A DNA stretch of 64,000 nt from Octopus sinensis (lineage: Eukaryota). Position numbers and translations under genes: made by a program. The notes under the pieces were generated by a model. That model was given only the letters and a program-made list of their open reading frames with translations. It did not search any database and had not been told where the DNA came from. The first letter of the stretch is position 1, and each line of letters opens with the position of its first letter. Location: contig NC_043007.1 in the NCBI RefSeq assembly GCF_006345805.1, positions 33,418,001-33,482,000 of the forward strand, read 5' to 3'. Below, piece after piece: positions 1-9,523 of the stretch.

Positions 1-840
1 ACAATATTATTTAATATACAATTAGATTTATCTCTACATGTACAATTAATATAAGTCTTATCATTATTAATATTATTATCAAATAATTTCTTTTTATAAA
101 AATTATTCAGTTTATATTTATTAAATGAAGAAATAATGTTACCAACATTATTAGTGGTAGAGTAACCAACTCCAAAATTATAAAAGAGAAAATGTTTCTA
201 TATTTACGATTATCTCTAATAAATAGTTCTATAACATCTAAAATCTCTTAATAATATTCGTTTTAACTTGATCTCCATAAGGAACTATTAACCAATTTTA
301 TTCTTATTAACCTTATTATTATTATCATTATTATAAATATATTTATAATTCTTTATTTTATTAAAATTATTATCAGAATTATATCTATGTACAGCATTTA
401 AGGAATTATTAATATTATTAAATTTATCAATATAATATTATAATAATTATTAAATTTATTTTTATTTATATTATTCTTATTTATATTATTATTATTATAT
501 TTATTATTATTATTATTATTCTTATTTATATTTTTATCATTTTTATTATTTTTTTTTATAATATCTATTATTTTTACCACTAAACGTAACAAAATTATAA
601 TTATATTAGAAGTATCTCGAAAATTATCATTTAATCATTATCGCTAATATTATAAAATTTAATATTCTTATTATAACCTGCCCCTCTAAGGGCCTCATTA
701 TAATAATTAGCATGTTTATTAAAAATCTCTATATCATAAGAGAGTAATGAAATACGTTTACTTATATTATTAATCAACGATTTTTTAATAGAAAATGGGT
801 GATTACTATTAACATTTATATATCTAAGGTTCGATTTTTT
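1..840 (-). mobile_element. Penelope-like retroelement ORF remnant (RT thumb, linker, start of the Cys-rich region before GIY-YIG); runs off the window start
   Basis: Minus-strand peptides: KSNLRYINVNSNHPFSIKKSLINNISKRISLLS..IFNKHANYYNEALRGAGY (PLE thumb), then VPYGDQVKTNIIKRF..IFS..GVGYSTTNNVGNIISSFNK (frameshifted), then NCTCRDKSNCILN. An Asn-rich microsatellite expansion lies inside the linker. Confidence 0.85.
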
Positions 841-844
841 AGAT

Positions 845-1062
845 TGGAAGTCCACCTGAAGATTGTCGATCAAGACAAGAAAAAGATTGTAGTGGCGGTT
901 TTTTTGACTATTATTAAATTTTATGTATTGATTAAGTCTTTCCTAGTTGTTTGCAAAATAGTGGTTTTGTCTCAAATAATATTTTATAATATTTTACTAT
1001 AAAATTGGATTTAATCCTAAATCTGATTTTTTTCCCTGTAAATTGGATATATTCCCTAATAT
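845..1062 (+). mobile_element. Penelope-like pseudo-LTR, inverted relative to the ORF, containing a hammerhead-like motif
   Basis: Abuts the truncated ORF in the opposite orientation and ends in (TA)n. The same sequence recurs at 31170-31385. Hammerhead core at 852-895. Confidence 0.7.
852..895 (+). ncRNA. Type I hammerhead ribozyme motif (degenerate stem III)
   Basis: CCAC-CTGAAGA-TTGTC(gatcaa)GACAA-GAAA-aagatt-GTA-GTGG: core CUGANGA/GAAA, 5-bp stem II, CCAC/GTGG stem I, GUA triplet. Confidence 0.6.
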
Positions 1063-1068
1063 TTATTA

Positions 1069-1114
<46 letters not shown>

Positions 1115-1147
1115 GAGAGAGAGAGAGAGAGCGAGAGAGAGGGGGAG

Positions 1148-1178
<31 letters not shown>

Positions 1179-1694
1179 CAGAGACGCACACAGACACATT
1201 TTGAAGACGAACAGATTCTGAAACATCATAATTAACTCTTAGGGTCACACTTAGCCACAAGCTAATAATTCTAGAGTTGAACTTTTCCTGTCTTGTGTGT
1301 GTGTGTGCGTGTGTGCGGTGTGTGTGTGTTTACTTTTAGTGGGTTTTATGTCTTTTTGTTCTGTCTTACAATTTCTTTCCCTTTTCTCTCTCTCTGTCTT
1401 CCTCTCTATATGTATGTATGTATGTTACTGCCCGGGTATCAAAAGTACAGTGATATTCATTTGGCAGCTGATGAAAGGAATAAATATTCATTATTCTTGT
1501 TTACAAAATTTCTCTGTTTTAGTTTCATTATTCTGAGTTGTGCATCCATCTAGTAAAGTAGGGAGTGTTTGTGGATTCATGACTTGTGAAGATTACTTAT
1601 AATGACATCGGTTGTTTTTCTTCATATATAATCCTATTAAGTTTAGATTACACTTAGATGTTGATGTCTAGGTTTGAGAGGTTCTGTGGCATAT

Positions 1695-1872
1695 ATATAT
1701 ATATACATACTCATGAAGTGGTTGGCGTTAGAAAGGGCATCCAGCCGTAGAAACACTGCCAGATTTGACTGGGCCTGATGAAGCCTTCTGGCTTCACAGA
1801 CCCCAGTAGAACCGTCCAACCCATGCTAGCATGGAAAACGGACGCTAAACGATGATGATGATGATGATGATA
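1695..1872 (+). mobile_element. SINE 3' part (Nin-like GGAAGGGCATCCAGC core, RTE-like tail, (GAT)n). Family copies near 10389-10690, 16620-16740, 19420-19620, 28480-28745, 32340-32640, 46270-47010, 49395-49700, 49815-50130, 52160-52380, 55860-56220, 60894-61210
   Basis: Recurrent motif TGGCGTTAGGAAGGGCATCCAGCTGTAGAAAC...CCCATGCTAGCATGGAAAACGGACGTTAAACGATGATGATG on both strands. Confidence 0.85.
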
Positions 1873-1929
1873 CTTACATATGAACACACACGCCCACACA
1901 CACACACACATTTTTACGAGTATCTGAAG

Positions 1930-2250
1930 GTACATGGCTAAGTGGTTAGGGTATTTGGCTCACACTGTATGGTTGTGAGTTCAATTCCCAGTGATGTGTT
2001 GTGTCCTTGAGCAAGATACTTTATTTCACATTGCTCCTGTCCACTCAGCTGGCGAAAATGAGTAGTACTTGTATTTTAAAGGGCCAGCCTTGTCATATTC
2101 TGTGTCATGCAAAATCTCCCTGCGAACTACTTTAAGAGTTACACATGTCTGTGGAGTGCTCAGCCACTTGCATGTTAATTTCACAAGCAGGCTGTTCCGT
2201 CAATTAGATCAACTGGAAAATTCATCGTCGCAACCGATGGAGTACCAGGC
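1930..2250 (+). mobile_element. tRNA-headed SINE with CORE-like segment; reverse partial copy near 19975-20150
   Basis: A-box TGGCTAAGTGG, B-box-like GAGTTCAATTCC, then GTGTCCTTGAGCAAGATACT. The body matches 19975-20150 on the minus strand. Confidence 0.7.
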
Positions 2251-2903
2251 AGTTGGTATGTACGTGTGTCAATGTGTGATGATGACCAGACACTATCACT
2301 CTTTCTCCCTTTTCACCAATGTCCATTTTGTGTTTTGTGCATCACATGCGAATGATGCAGTAACAATGAGATAAAGTATAGGGTTTGCATAATCAACTAA
2401 AAACTCATGGAAAAAAAAGGTCTCTTCCCTAACATATTTGCTGTGAATGGATGAAACCCAAAAGAGGAGAATAAAAGAAGTTATTGGAAACACATTAGGA
2501 AACATAAAACCAAAGCAAAACACTGCACATAGCAAAGAGACAGAGAGAGTTGCACTCAGATGTGCAGCCAATGCATTCAATAGAGATAAAGGTATCAATA
2601 GACTTAGCAAACTGTATGAATTTAATTCATTAATAATGATATTTCTGGCAGCATCCTGCTGGTCATATGAAATATTTATATAAAATATTGGGGATACAAT
2701 CGCCAGAACTATAGAAATATTTGATATATGCGTACATTATGTATATCAAGAAATCCCATAATTAAATGAGGCTGTGTTTTCCAAAATGGAGGCGAACACC
2801 TTTTTCCATGTGATCTGCTTGAAAAATTATTCAGACACTTGGATATTTTCCTAGACTTCTTAAAATTAAACTAATGGTAACCTTAATTCATAGATAAAGA
2901 AAT

Positions 2904-2938
<35 letters not shown>

Positions 2939-3194
2939 ATTCACAAAGCACACACACACACACATATATAAACATAATAAAATAGGGTAATAATAAATTA
3001 TTATTACCAGTGGCATAGCACAAAAAACGAATTAGTCATTAGACTATATAGTCTAATATATAGTCTATATATATATCTACCTATATATATATATATATTG
3101 ATAAAAATGGTAAGATAACAAAAGAAAGACAGAAACCTCGACAGATATATATATATATATATATATATATAATGGGAAGCTTTATGAAAATAAA

Positions 3195-3390
3195 CAAAAG
3201 ACGAAGGCAGGTGGAATACAAACAAACAATTGTATTAGTATAGCACTCAGGAATATAAATAAAACAAGTCTTTTACGTTTCGAACCTATGCTCTTCAACA
3301 GAAAGATACACAGAAAAGAAACACAGAAAGAAACAAGGAGAGAAAAAAAAATGCATGCAGAGGCTAGCGAATCAACATGGCGATGTATAT
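3195..3390 (-). mobile_element. Penelope-like pLTR fragment with minimal hammerhead motif (3270-3305). Family copies at 31440-31650, 37360-37550, 38740-38910, 51945-52140
   Basis: Minus strand reads cttt-CTGTTGA-a-GAGC atag GTTC-GAAA-C-GTA-aaag; flanked by (TA)n on both sides. Confidence 0.7.
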
Positions 3391-3714
3391 ATATATATTA
3401 GGGGATATATATATACATAGATATATATGCTTGTGTGTGTGTATATATATATATATATATTTTAGACAAATCTTAGCATATATATCCTAAAAAACAAACA
3501 TTTATGATAACTATGTATGAGTATGGTGCTAACTATACACATGCAATCATCATCACATCATCAGAGACATGAATCATAACAAATTACATGGAAGATAATA
3601 ATGGGAAATAAAACCTATTGTTTTAGCTACAACCTGATAAAGTTGATGACATTCTTTACAACAGATCTCAAATTTCAGCCTCAGACTCGATATGGAGGCT
3701 TACATCAAGTGCGA

Positions 3715-4207
3715 GGAGGAGGTAGCACTGCCATGGGTCAATAGGGTGGCTCCTGGAAGACCCTATGTTTGGCAATAGGACTCTACCCCATGCCACACAA
3801 GCAGGAGAACCCAGTCGTGGCTGTCAGACAAATTTCTGCGACCACATCGCCCCTAGCAACTGGTCACCTAACTCCCCACATTGCGGCCCCCTTGATTATT
3901 ATGTGTGGGGGCACAGTTGAGCATGAGACCAACAAAGCTCCTTGTAACACCAAAGATGAACTGAAGGCAAGGATTATGACAGCATTCACCAACAAACAAG
4001 GAGGCCTGTCCAGAAGAAATGCAAGAGATTCTGAAATCGTCTGGAGGCTGTGGTTGAAGCCAACGGGGATTTTATTGAATAAATTTACTCTTAAGTATTT
4101 CGAGATATTTTTTTGTAATTTTGGTTAATATATCTGTTAAAATGAGAAGTCAGTGTTATTTTCATTTTTGCATAATTTAGATGACAATATATTCACTGCA
4201 CCTTGTT
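3715..4207 (+). mobile_element. Tc1/mariner maT-type (DD37D) transposase C-terminal remnant and right end
   Basis: GRPYVWQ*DSTPCHTSRRTQSWLSDNFCDHIAPSNWSPNSPHCGPLDYYVWGTVEHETNKAPCNTKDELKARIM...RLEAVVEANGDFIE* after frameshift correction; 37 residues between the second and third catalytic D. Confidence 0.85.
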
Positions 4208-4211
4208 TATG

Positions 4212-4392
4212 TATGTGTGTATGTGTGTGACTCTGTGTGTGTGTGTGTATTTGATGTGTGTGTGTATGTGTGTGACTCTGTGTGTGTGTGTGTATTTGAT
4301 GTGTGTGTGTATGTGTGTGACTCTGTGTGTGTGTGTGTATTTGATGTGTGTGTGTATGTGTGTGACTCTGTGTGTGTGTGTGTATGCATATG
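4212..4392. repeat. 45-bp minisatellite, about 4 copies, built from (GT)n
   Basis: GACTCTG recurs at 4229, 4274, 4319, 4364. Confidence 0.9.
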
Positions 4393-4639
4393 TTTTGTGA
4401 ATGTGTAATATCAATACATTTCTACATCAGACCTCTTTCTCCGAACCTCGTGACTAACATTCTACATACTATGTACGTTTCATTAATGTTACTAATTAGC
4501 TTATTAAAACTTCAGTAAAGTCTTGCTTATTATTTTTAGTAAATAGCCAATGTATTTCCTAGTATGAAATAAACTTACCTTTTCTCTCATAGTCCATCTG
4601 GCTCTCATTAGCTTTGTCAAAAAATGTCATACTGCATAT

Positions 4640-4760
4640 TAGTATTATAATTATAATTATTATTATTATTATTATTGTTGTTGTTGTTGTTGTTGTTGTT
4701 ATTATTATTACTACTATTACTATTATTATTATTATTATTATTGTTGTTGTTATTATTATT

Positions 4761-4798
<38 letters not shown>

Positions 4799-4803
4799 TA
4801 TTA

Positions 4804-4852
<49 letters not shown>

Positions 4853-4900
4853 TGTCGTTGTTTTTGTTGTTGTTGTTGTTGTTATGATTATTCTTATTGT
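4640..4900. repeat. Compound trinucleotide microsatellite (ATT)n/(GTT)n/(ATC)n
   Basis: Read directly from the sequence. Confidence 0.95.
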
Positions 4901-5819
4901 TATTATTCAGCATTTGGTAGTTTCAGGCAAATTTCTACTTCATCATCTACTACACCTTCGTGTTACTGAGATGTGTGTGCAGCATTGTTTGTTCTATTTT
5001 TGTTGATGGGGGGAGTGCAATCTCTTCCTGGTATTGTATTACATTAGTTTGTTTTGTTATGGGGTCTGGTATTATTATTACTATTACCATTGTTATTATT
5101 ATTATTATTTTTTTTTTTTTTCCAGTAAATAGCTATGCACTTTTGTAGTATCAATATACATAGCTTTGGCTTAGCTGCAACCAAATTTAAAAAGCTGAGA
5201 TATAAATGCTTTGGCCATTTTACTCCCCACTGTTTCCTGTTTGGCTAATGTAATTCTCATTGCCCTGTAGGCACGTGATACATTAGCGAGCTTCTTGTTT
5301 TCCATTTCATGTTTGCATTAACCTCTCATTCTTTTCTATTCTTGTTTCCTGTTCAATTAATTCACATGTCCCACAATACGTGTCTCCGCTGTTTGTTACC
5401 GGTATTATTTCTTCTTCTAGTGCAAATTTTGCCTTCGTTTGGTTCAAAACAGAATCAAAATTAATTTACCATTTGAAAGTGCACAAATAGCGAATTAAGT
5501 ATTTATCTCTTAGAAATGTTCAATATAATGAACATCTGGAGATATACGCTAATGAAAAATTCAAAATATTTCCTTTTTGCGAAATAATAGAAGGAAACGA
5601 TCAAATGAAAAAAGGGAATACTTTATAAGAATTCTATGTTTGAAACTCAACCAGAAACAGTCAGCGCTAGGACTAAAAGCAACTTCCTCTATATGGATTA
5701 CAGTAGAACAGGTGTGATTGGAACATTGAACAATAAAAATACTTACACACAATACAGAATTTTCCTTCCAGAATGCACATGTCGTTTGGTTTTTCTAAGA
5801 TGCATTTTAAATACTCTCT

Positions 5820-6014
5820 TTTGCTTGTTTCAGTTATTTGAGTGTGGCCATGCTGGAGCACCACCTTTAGTCGAGCAAATTGTTCCGAGGACTTATTCTT
5901 TGCATGCCTAGCACTTATTCTATTGGTTTCTTTTTGCCAAACCACTAAGTTATGAGGACATAAACACACCAGCATCAGTTGTCAAGTGATGCTGGGGGAC
6001 AAACACAGATACAC

Positions 6015-6058
<44 letters not shown>

Positions 6059-6228
6059 CATATATATATATACGACGGGCTTCTTTCAGTTTCTGTCTAC
6101 CAAATCTACTCACAAGGCTTTGGTTGGCCCGAGGCTATAGTAGACGACACTAGCCCAAGGTGCCATGCAGTGGGACTGAACCTGGAACCATGTGGTCGGT
6201 AAGCAAGCTACTTACCACACAGCCACTC
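5820..6228 (-). mobile_element. tRNA-derived CORE-like SINE. Copies at 17280-17640(-), 35010-35170(+), 37165-37322(-), 38958-39120(+), 39518-39885(+), 42695-43047(-), 48372-48905(+), 59518-59945(+), 62348-62485(-), 63120-63555(-)
   Basis: Head GGAGTGGCTGTGTGGTAAG..GGTTCAGTCCCACTG, CORE-like GGCACCTTGGGCAAGTGTCTTCTACTATAGCCTCGGGCC, internal (TA)/(TG) tract, tail GGCGGTGCTCCAGCATGGCCGCAGTCAAATGACTGAAAC. Confidence 0.9.
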
Positions 6229-6623
6229 CTACACTTACTTCTTGAGAAAATCTTTCATCAAATATTTTTACAGTATCAGGTAATTTTTGCAAAAACATTT
6301 GAATATATATATATAAGATGCTTGCAAATGGAGAAATTTACCTTTGCTCAAAATAAATGAGGAATAAACATTAAAACAACAGGATGAATAATTGGCTACA
6401 AGTGATTATCCAATCAAAACTTTAATTGAAGATAGCTTGCATCTAAATTTACGAACAATTCCACATCATACAATGCAGAATAGATAAATGAAAAACTTTA
6501 AACAGTTAAATCAAAGGATATTAAAGAGAAGACCCTCAAGAAACTGCACTGGTATTATAATAGGGTTGCTATAGCAATGGTTACTAATCGATGCAGTGGA
6601 AACACGTGTAGGTCTACTTGAAG

Positions 6624-6664
<41 letters not shown>

Positions 6665-6714
6665 AAATATTGTATTTCTAAATCTCTCGTAGAGACATGT
6701 ATGGTGGTGGGGCG

Positions 6715-6955
6715 ATAGAATGGTTGTATACTGTCAATCTAACAAGAACGTGACAGTAGGGGGTACACCACCGCTGTATAGCCCTAGGAAGCATCGAACG
6801 CCTCCTGATAGCTTTGACACATTTTTTTTTCTTTCTTTTTTTTCTTTTTGTGTCAAAGCTATCAGGAGGCATTCGATGCTTCCTAGGGCTATACAGCGGT
6901 GGTGTACCACCTACTGTCACGTTCTTGTTAGATTGACAGTATACAACCATTCTAT
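6715..6955. repeat. Fold-back inverted repeat, about 106-bp arms, pyrimidine loop, set between (TA)n tracts
   Basis: 6715-6820 is the reverse complement of 6850-6955 with about 2 mismatches. Confidence 0.95.
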
Positions 6956-6972
6956 ATATATATATATATATA

Positions 6973-9055
6973 CAGGAAATAAAAGTAATGCTATGCTTCT
7001 TTGTAACAATCCTTATTATTATTATTATTGAGTGAGAGAGAAGTGGATGCCATCAAAGTGACACTGGGGTAAAATATATGAAGCCCAGTATACCTATCAT
7101 GACTACCTGTCTGATAAGGGTACACCAGGCACACGCATCACAACCATATGTGTTTGACATGGTGATCTCATATCAAGATAAACAGTACATGACCTTGCAG
7201 GTGGGGCCCAGTTAGAAATTTCTTCTCCTCGAGTAGCCCATCCCGCTCAAAAGGTCCCTGAATAAGGGTTGTTTAAGGATGTTGAACGAAACACCCATGT
7301 TTCCAGAGGTGAATTATTCAAACCCCAAAGAATCCCTCTCAACACATGGCTATGATGACCCCCACTACTTCTGCTCGTGATCAGAGATGCACATACCGTC
7401 AGCCACTAAGGGACATGCTCAACTGGTTAAGGTCAAACCACTGATGAGTAAATCTGTGGTATTGAGCAAAATATTTGCTGTAGCCCATCTTTTATACCAT
7501 TATTATCATTATTATTATTATATGAGGTGGTACTGAAAAGTTCCTGGCTTTAGGTAAAAGAAAACATAAGAGGATCAGTTAATTCTGATTTTATTCAATA
7601 TATTCCCCTCTCAGATTTACACATTTATTGCAGCAGTCCTTCAGTTTTTCTAAGCCCTGCAAAAGAACTCGGGAGGTTGGGCCTCCAGTCAGGCCTTTTG
7701 CAAAAACCCTTAAAGCCAGGAACCCCTTGTGTGTATATGCATATATATATATGGCCGCAGCTCTGAGCTGAAACTAGAAAAAAAAAAAATATATATATAT
7801 ATATTCATGTTTTTATAATAATTACTGGTATCCTTATATATTACTATATTTTATATCTTATATCTTATATGTAAAGAATACTTTGTTATATGTATGTATG
7901 TTATGGTAATTATCAGTTTAGTAAATAAATAAATAAGTTAACATAATTTAATGTCTAAAAGTTGATGAACCACCTATTGATCTCCTCCATTTTCTTATTT
8001 GCTATATATATATAATATATATATATATACAGGAAATAAAAGTAATGCTATGCTTCTTTGTAACAATCCTTATTATTATTATTATTGAGTGAGAGAGAAG
8101 TGGATGCCATCAAAGTGACACTGGGGTAAAATATATGAAGCCCAGTATACCTATCATGACTACCTGTCTGATAAGGGTACACCAGGCACACGCATCACAA
8201 CCATATGTGTTTGACATGGTGACCTCATATCAAGATAAACAGTACATGACCTTGCAGGTGGGGCCCAGTTAGAAATTTCTTCTCCTCGAGTAGCCCATCC
8301 CGCTCAAAAGGTCCCTGAATAAGGGTTGTTTAAGGATGTTGAACGAAACACCCATGTTTCCAGAGGTGAATTATTCAAACCCCAAAGAATCCCTCTCAAC
8401 ACATGGCTATGATGACCCCCACTACTTCTGCTCGTGATCAGAGATGCACATACCGTCAGCCACTAAGGGACATGCTCAACTGGTTAAGGTCAAACCACTG
8501 ACGAGTAAATCTGTGGTATTGAGCAAAATATTTGCTGTAGCCCATCTTTTATACCATTATTATCATTATTATTATATATGAGGTGGTACTGAAAAGTTCC
8601 TGGCTTTAGGTAAAGAAAACATAAGAGGATCAGTTAATTCTGATTTTATTCAATATATTCCCCTCTCAGATTTACACATTTATTGCAGCAGTCCTTCAGT
8701 TTTTCTAAGCCCTGCAAAAGAACTCGGGAGGTTGGGCCTCCAGTCAGGCCTTTTGCAAAAACCCTTAAAGCCAGGAACCCCTTGTGTGTATATGCATATA
8801 TATATATGGCCGCAGCTCTGAGCTGAAACTAGAAAAAAAAAAAATATATATATATATTCATGTTTTTATAATAATTACTGGTATCCTTATATATTACTAT
8901 ATTTTATATCTTATATCTTATATGTAAAGAATACTTTGTTATATGTATGTATGTTATGGTAATTATCAGTTTAGTAAATAAATAAATAAGTTAACATAAT
9001 TTAATGTCTAAAAGTTGATGAACCACCTATTGATCTCCTCCATTTTCTTATTTGC

Positions 9056-9056
<1 letters not shown>
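6973..9056. repeat. Near-identical tandem duplication, period about 1057 bp, bounded by (TA)n
   Basis: CAGGAAATAAAAGTAATGC starts at 6973 and 8030; the copies differ at only a few positions. Confidence 0.95.
7520..7735. mobile_element. Mariner-derived MITE. Copies at 8578-8790, 9279-9370 (partial), 16052-16272 (both ends), 53858-54058
   Basis: Termini ATGAGG(G/T)GGT(A/G)CTGAAAAG...CTTTCAGTAACATCCTCATA. The interior keeps the mariner C-terminus NKxVNLRGExVE* (about 53990-54010). Confidence 0.75.
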
Positions 9057-9089
<33 letters not shown>

Positions 9090-9091
<2 letters not shown>

Positions 9092-9157
9092 TTTTTTTTG
9101 TTATTTTATCTAGTTTCAGCTCACGAGCCGTGGCTATGCTGGGGCACCGCCATTTAG
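9090..9157 (-). mobile_element. Retroelement 3' tail with A-rich end, fused to the U6 3' end
   Basis: CTAAATGGCGGTGCCCCAGCATAGCCACGGCTCGTGAGCTGAAACTAGATAAAATAAC(A)9. Matches solo tails at 7751-7789 and 8808-8843 and resembles the CORE-SINE tail. Confidence 0.85.
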
Positions 9158-9258
9158 AAAAATATGGAATGCTTCACGAATTTGCGTGTCATCCTTGCGC
9201 AGGGGCCATGCTAATCTTCTCTGTATCATTCCAAATTTAGAATATGTACCGCCGTAGC
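9158..9258 (-). pseudogene. U6: U6 snRNA retrocopy, about 6 nt short at the 5' end
   Basis: Minus strand: GCTACGGCGGTACATATTCTAAATTTGGAATGATACAGAGAAGATTAGCATGGCCCCTGCGCAAGGATGACACGCAAATTCGTGAAGCATTCCATATTTTT, with ACAGAGA box and ISL. Two CpG-type transitions versus canonical U6; upstream is (TA)n rather than a promoter. Confidence 0.95.
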
Positions 9259-9486
9259 TATATATATATATATATATATGAAGGGGTGCAGAAAAGTTTC
9301 TGGCTTTGGTGAAAAGAAAATACAGGGGGATCAATTAATTATGATTTTATTCAGTATATTCCCCTCTCACCTCCTGTACACACAGACACAGCCACACAGA
9401 CATGCAGACACATCAGTACACACATACACAAACATATATACATATATATATGAACACAAGGAGAGAGAGAAAGAGGGAGAGAGAGG

Positions 9487-9523
<37 letters not shown>

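Noticed and set aside
1195-1235. Possible hammerhead TTGAAGA...GAAAC (also near 9575 and 62580)
   Set aside because: Core or stems are too decayed or truncated to support a call.
7440-7460. CTGATGAG hammerhead-like half
   Set aside because: No stem II or GAAA follows, and the duplicate copy reads CTGACGAG.
9158-9258. Functional U6 gene
   Set aside because: 5' end is clipped, upstream is (TA)n with no recognisable PSE, CpG sites have decayed, and it is fused to a retro-tail.
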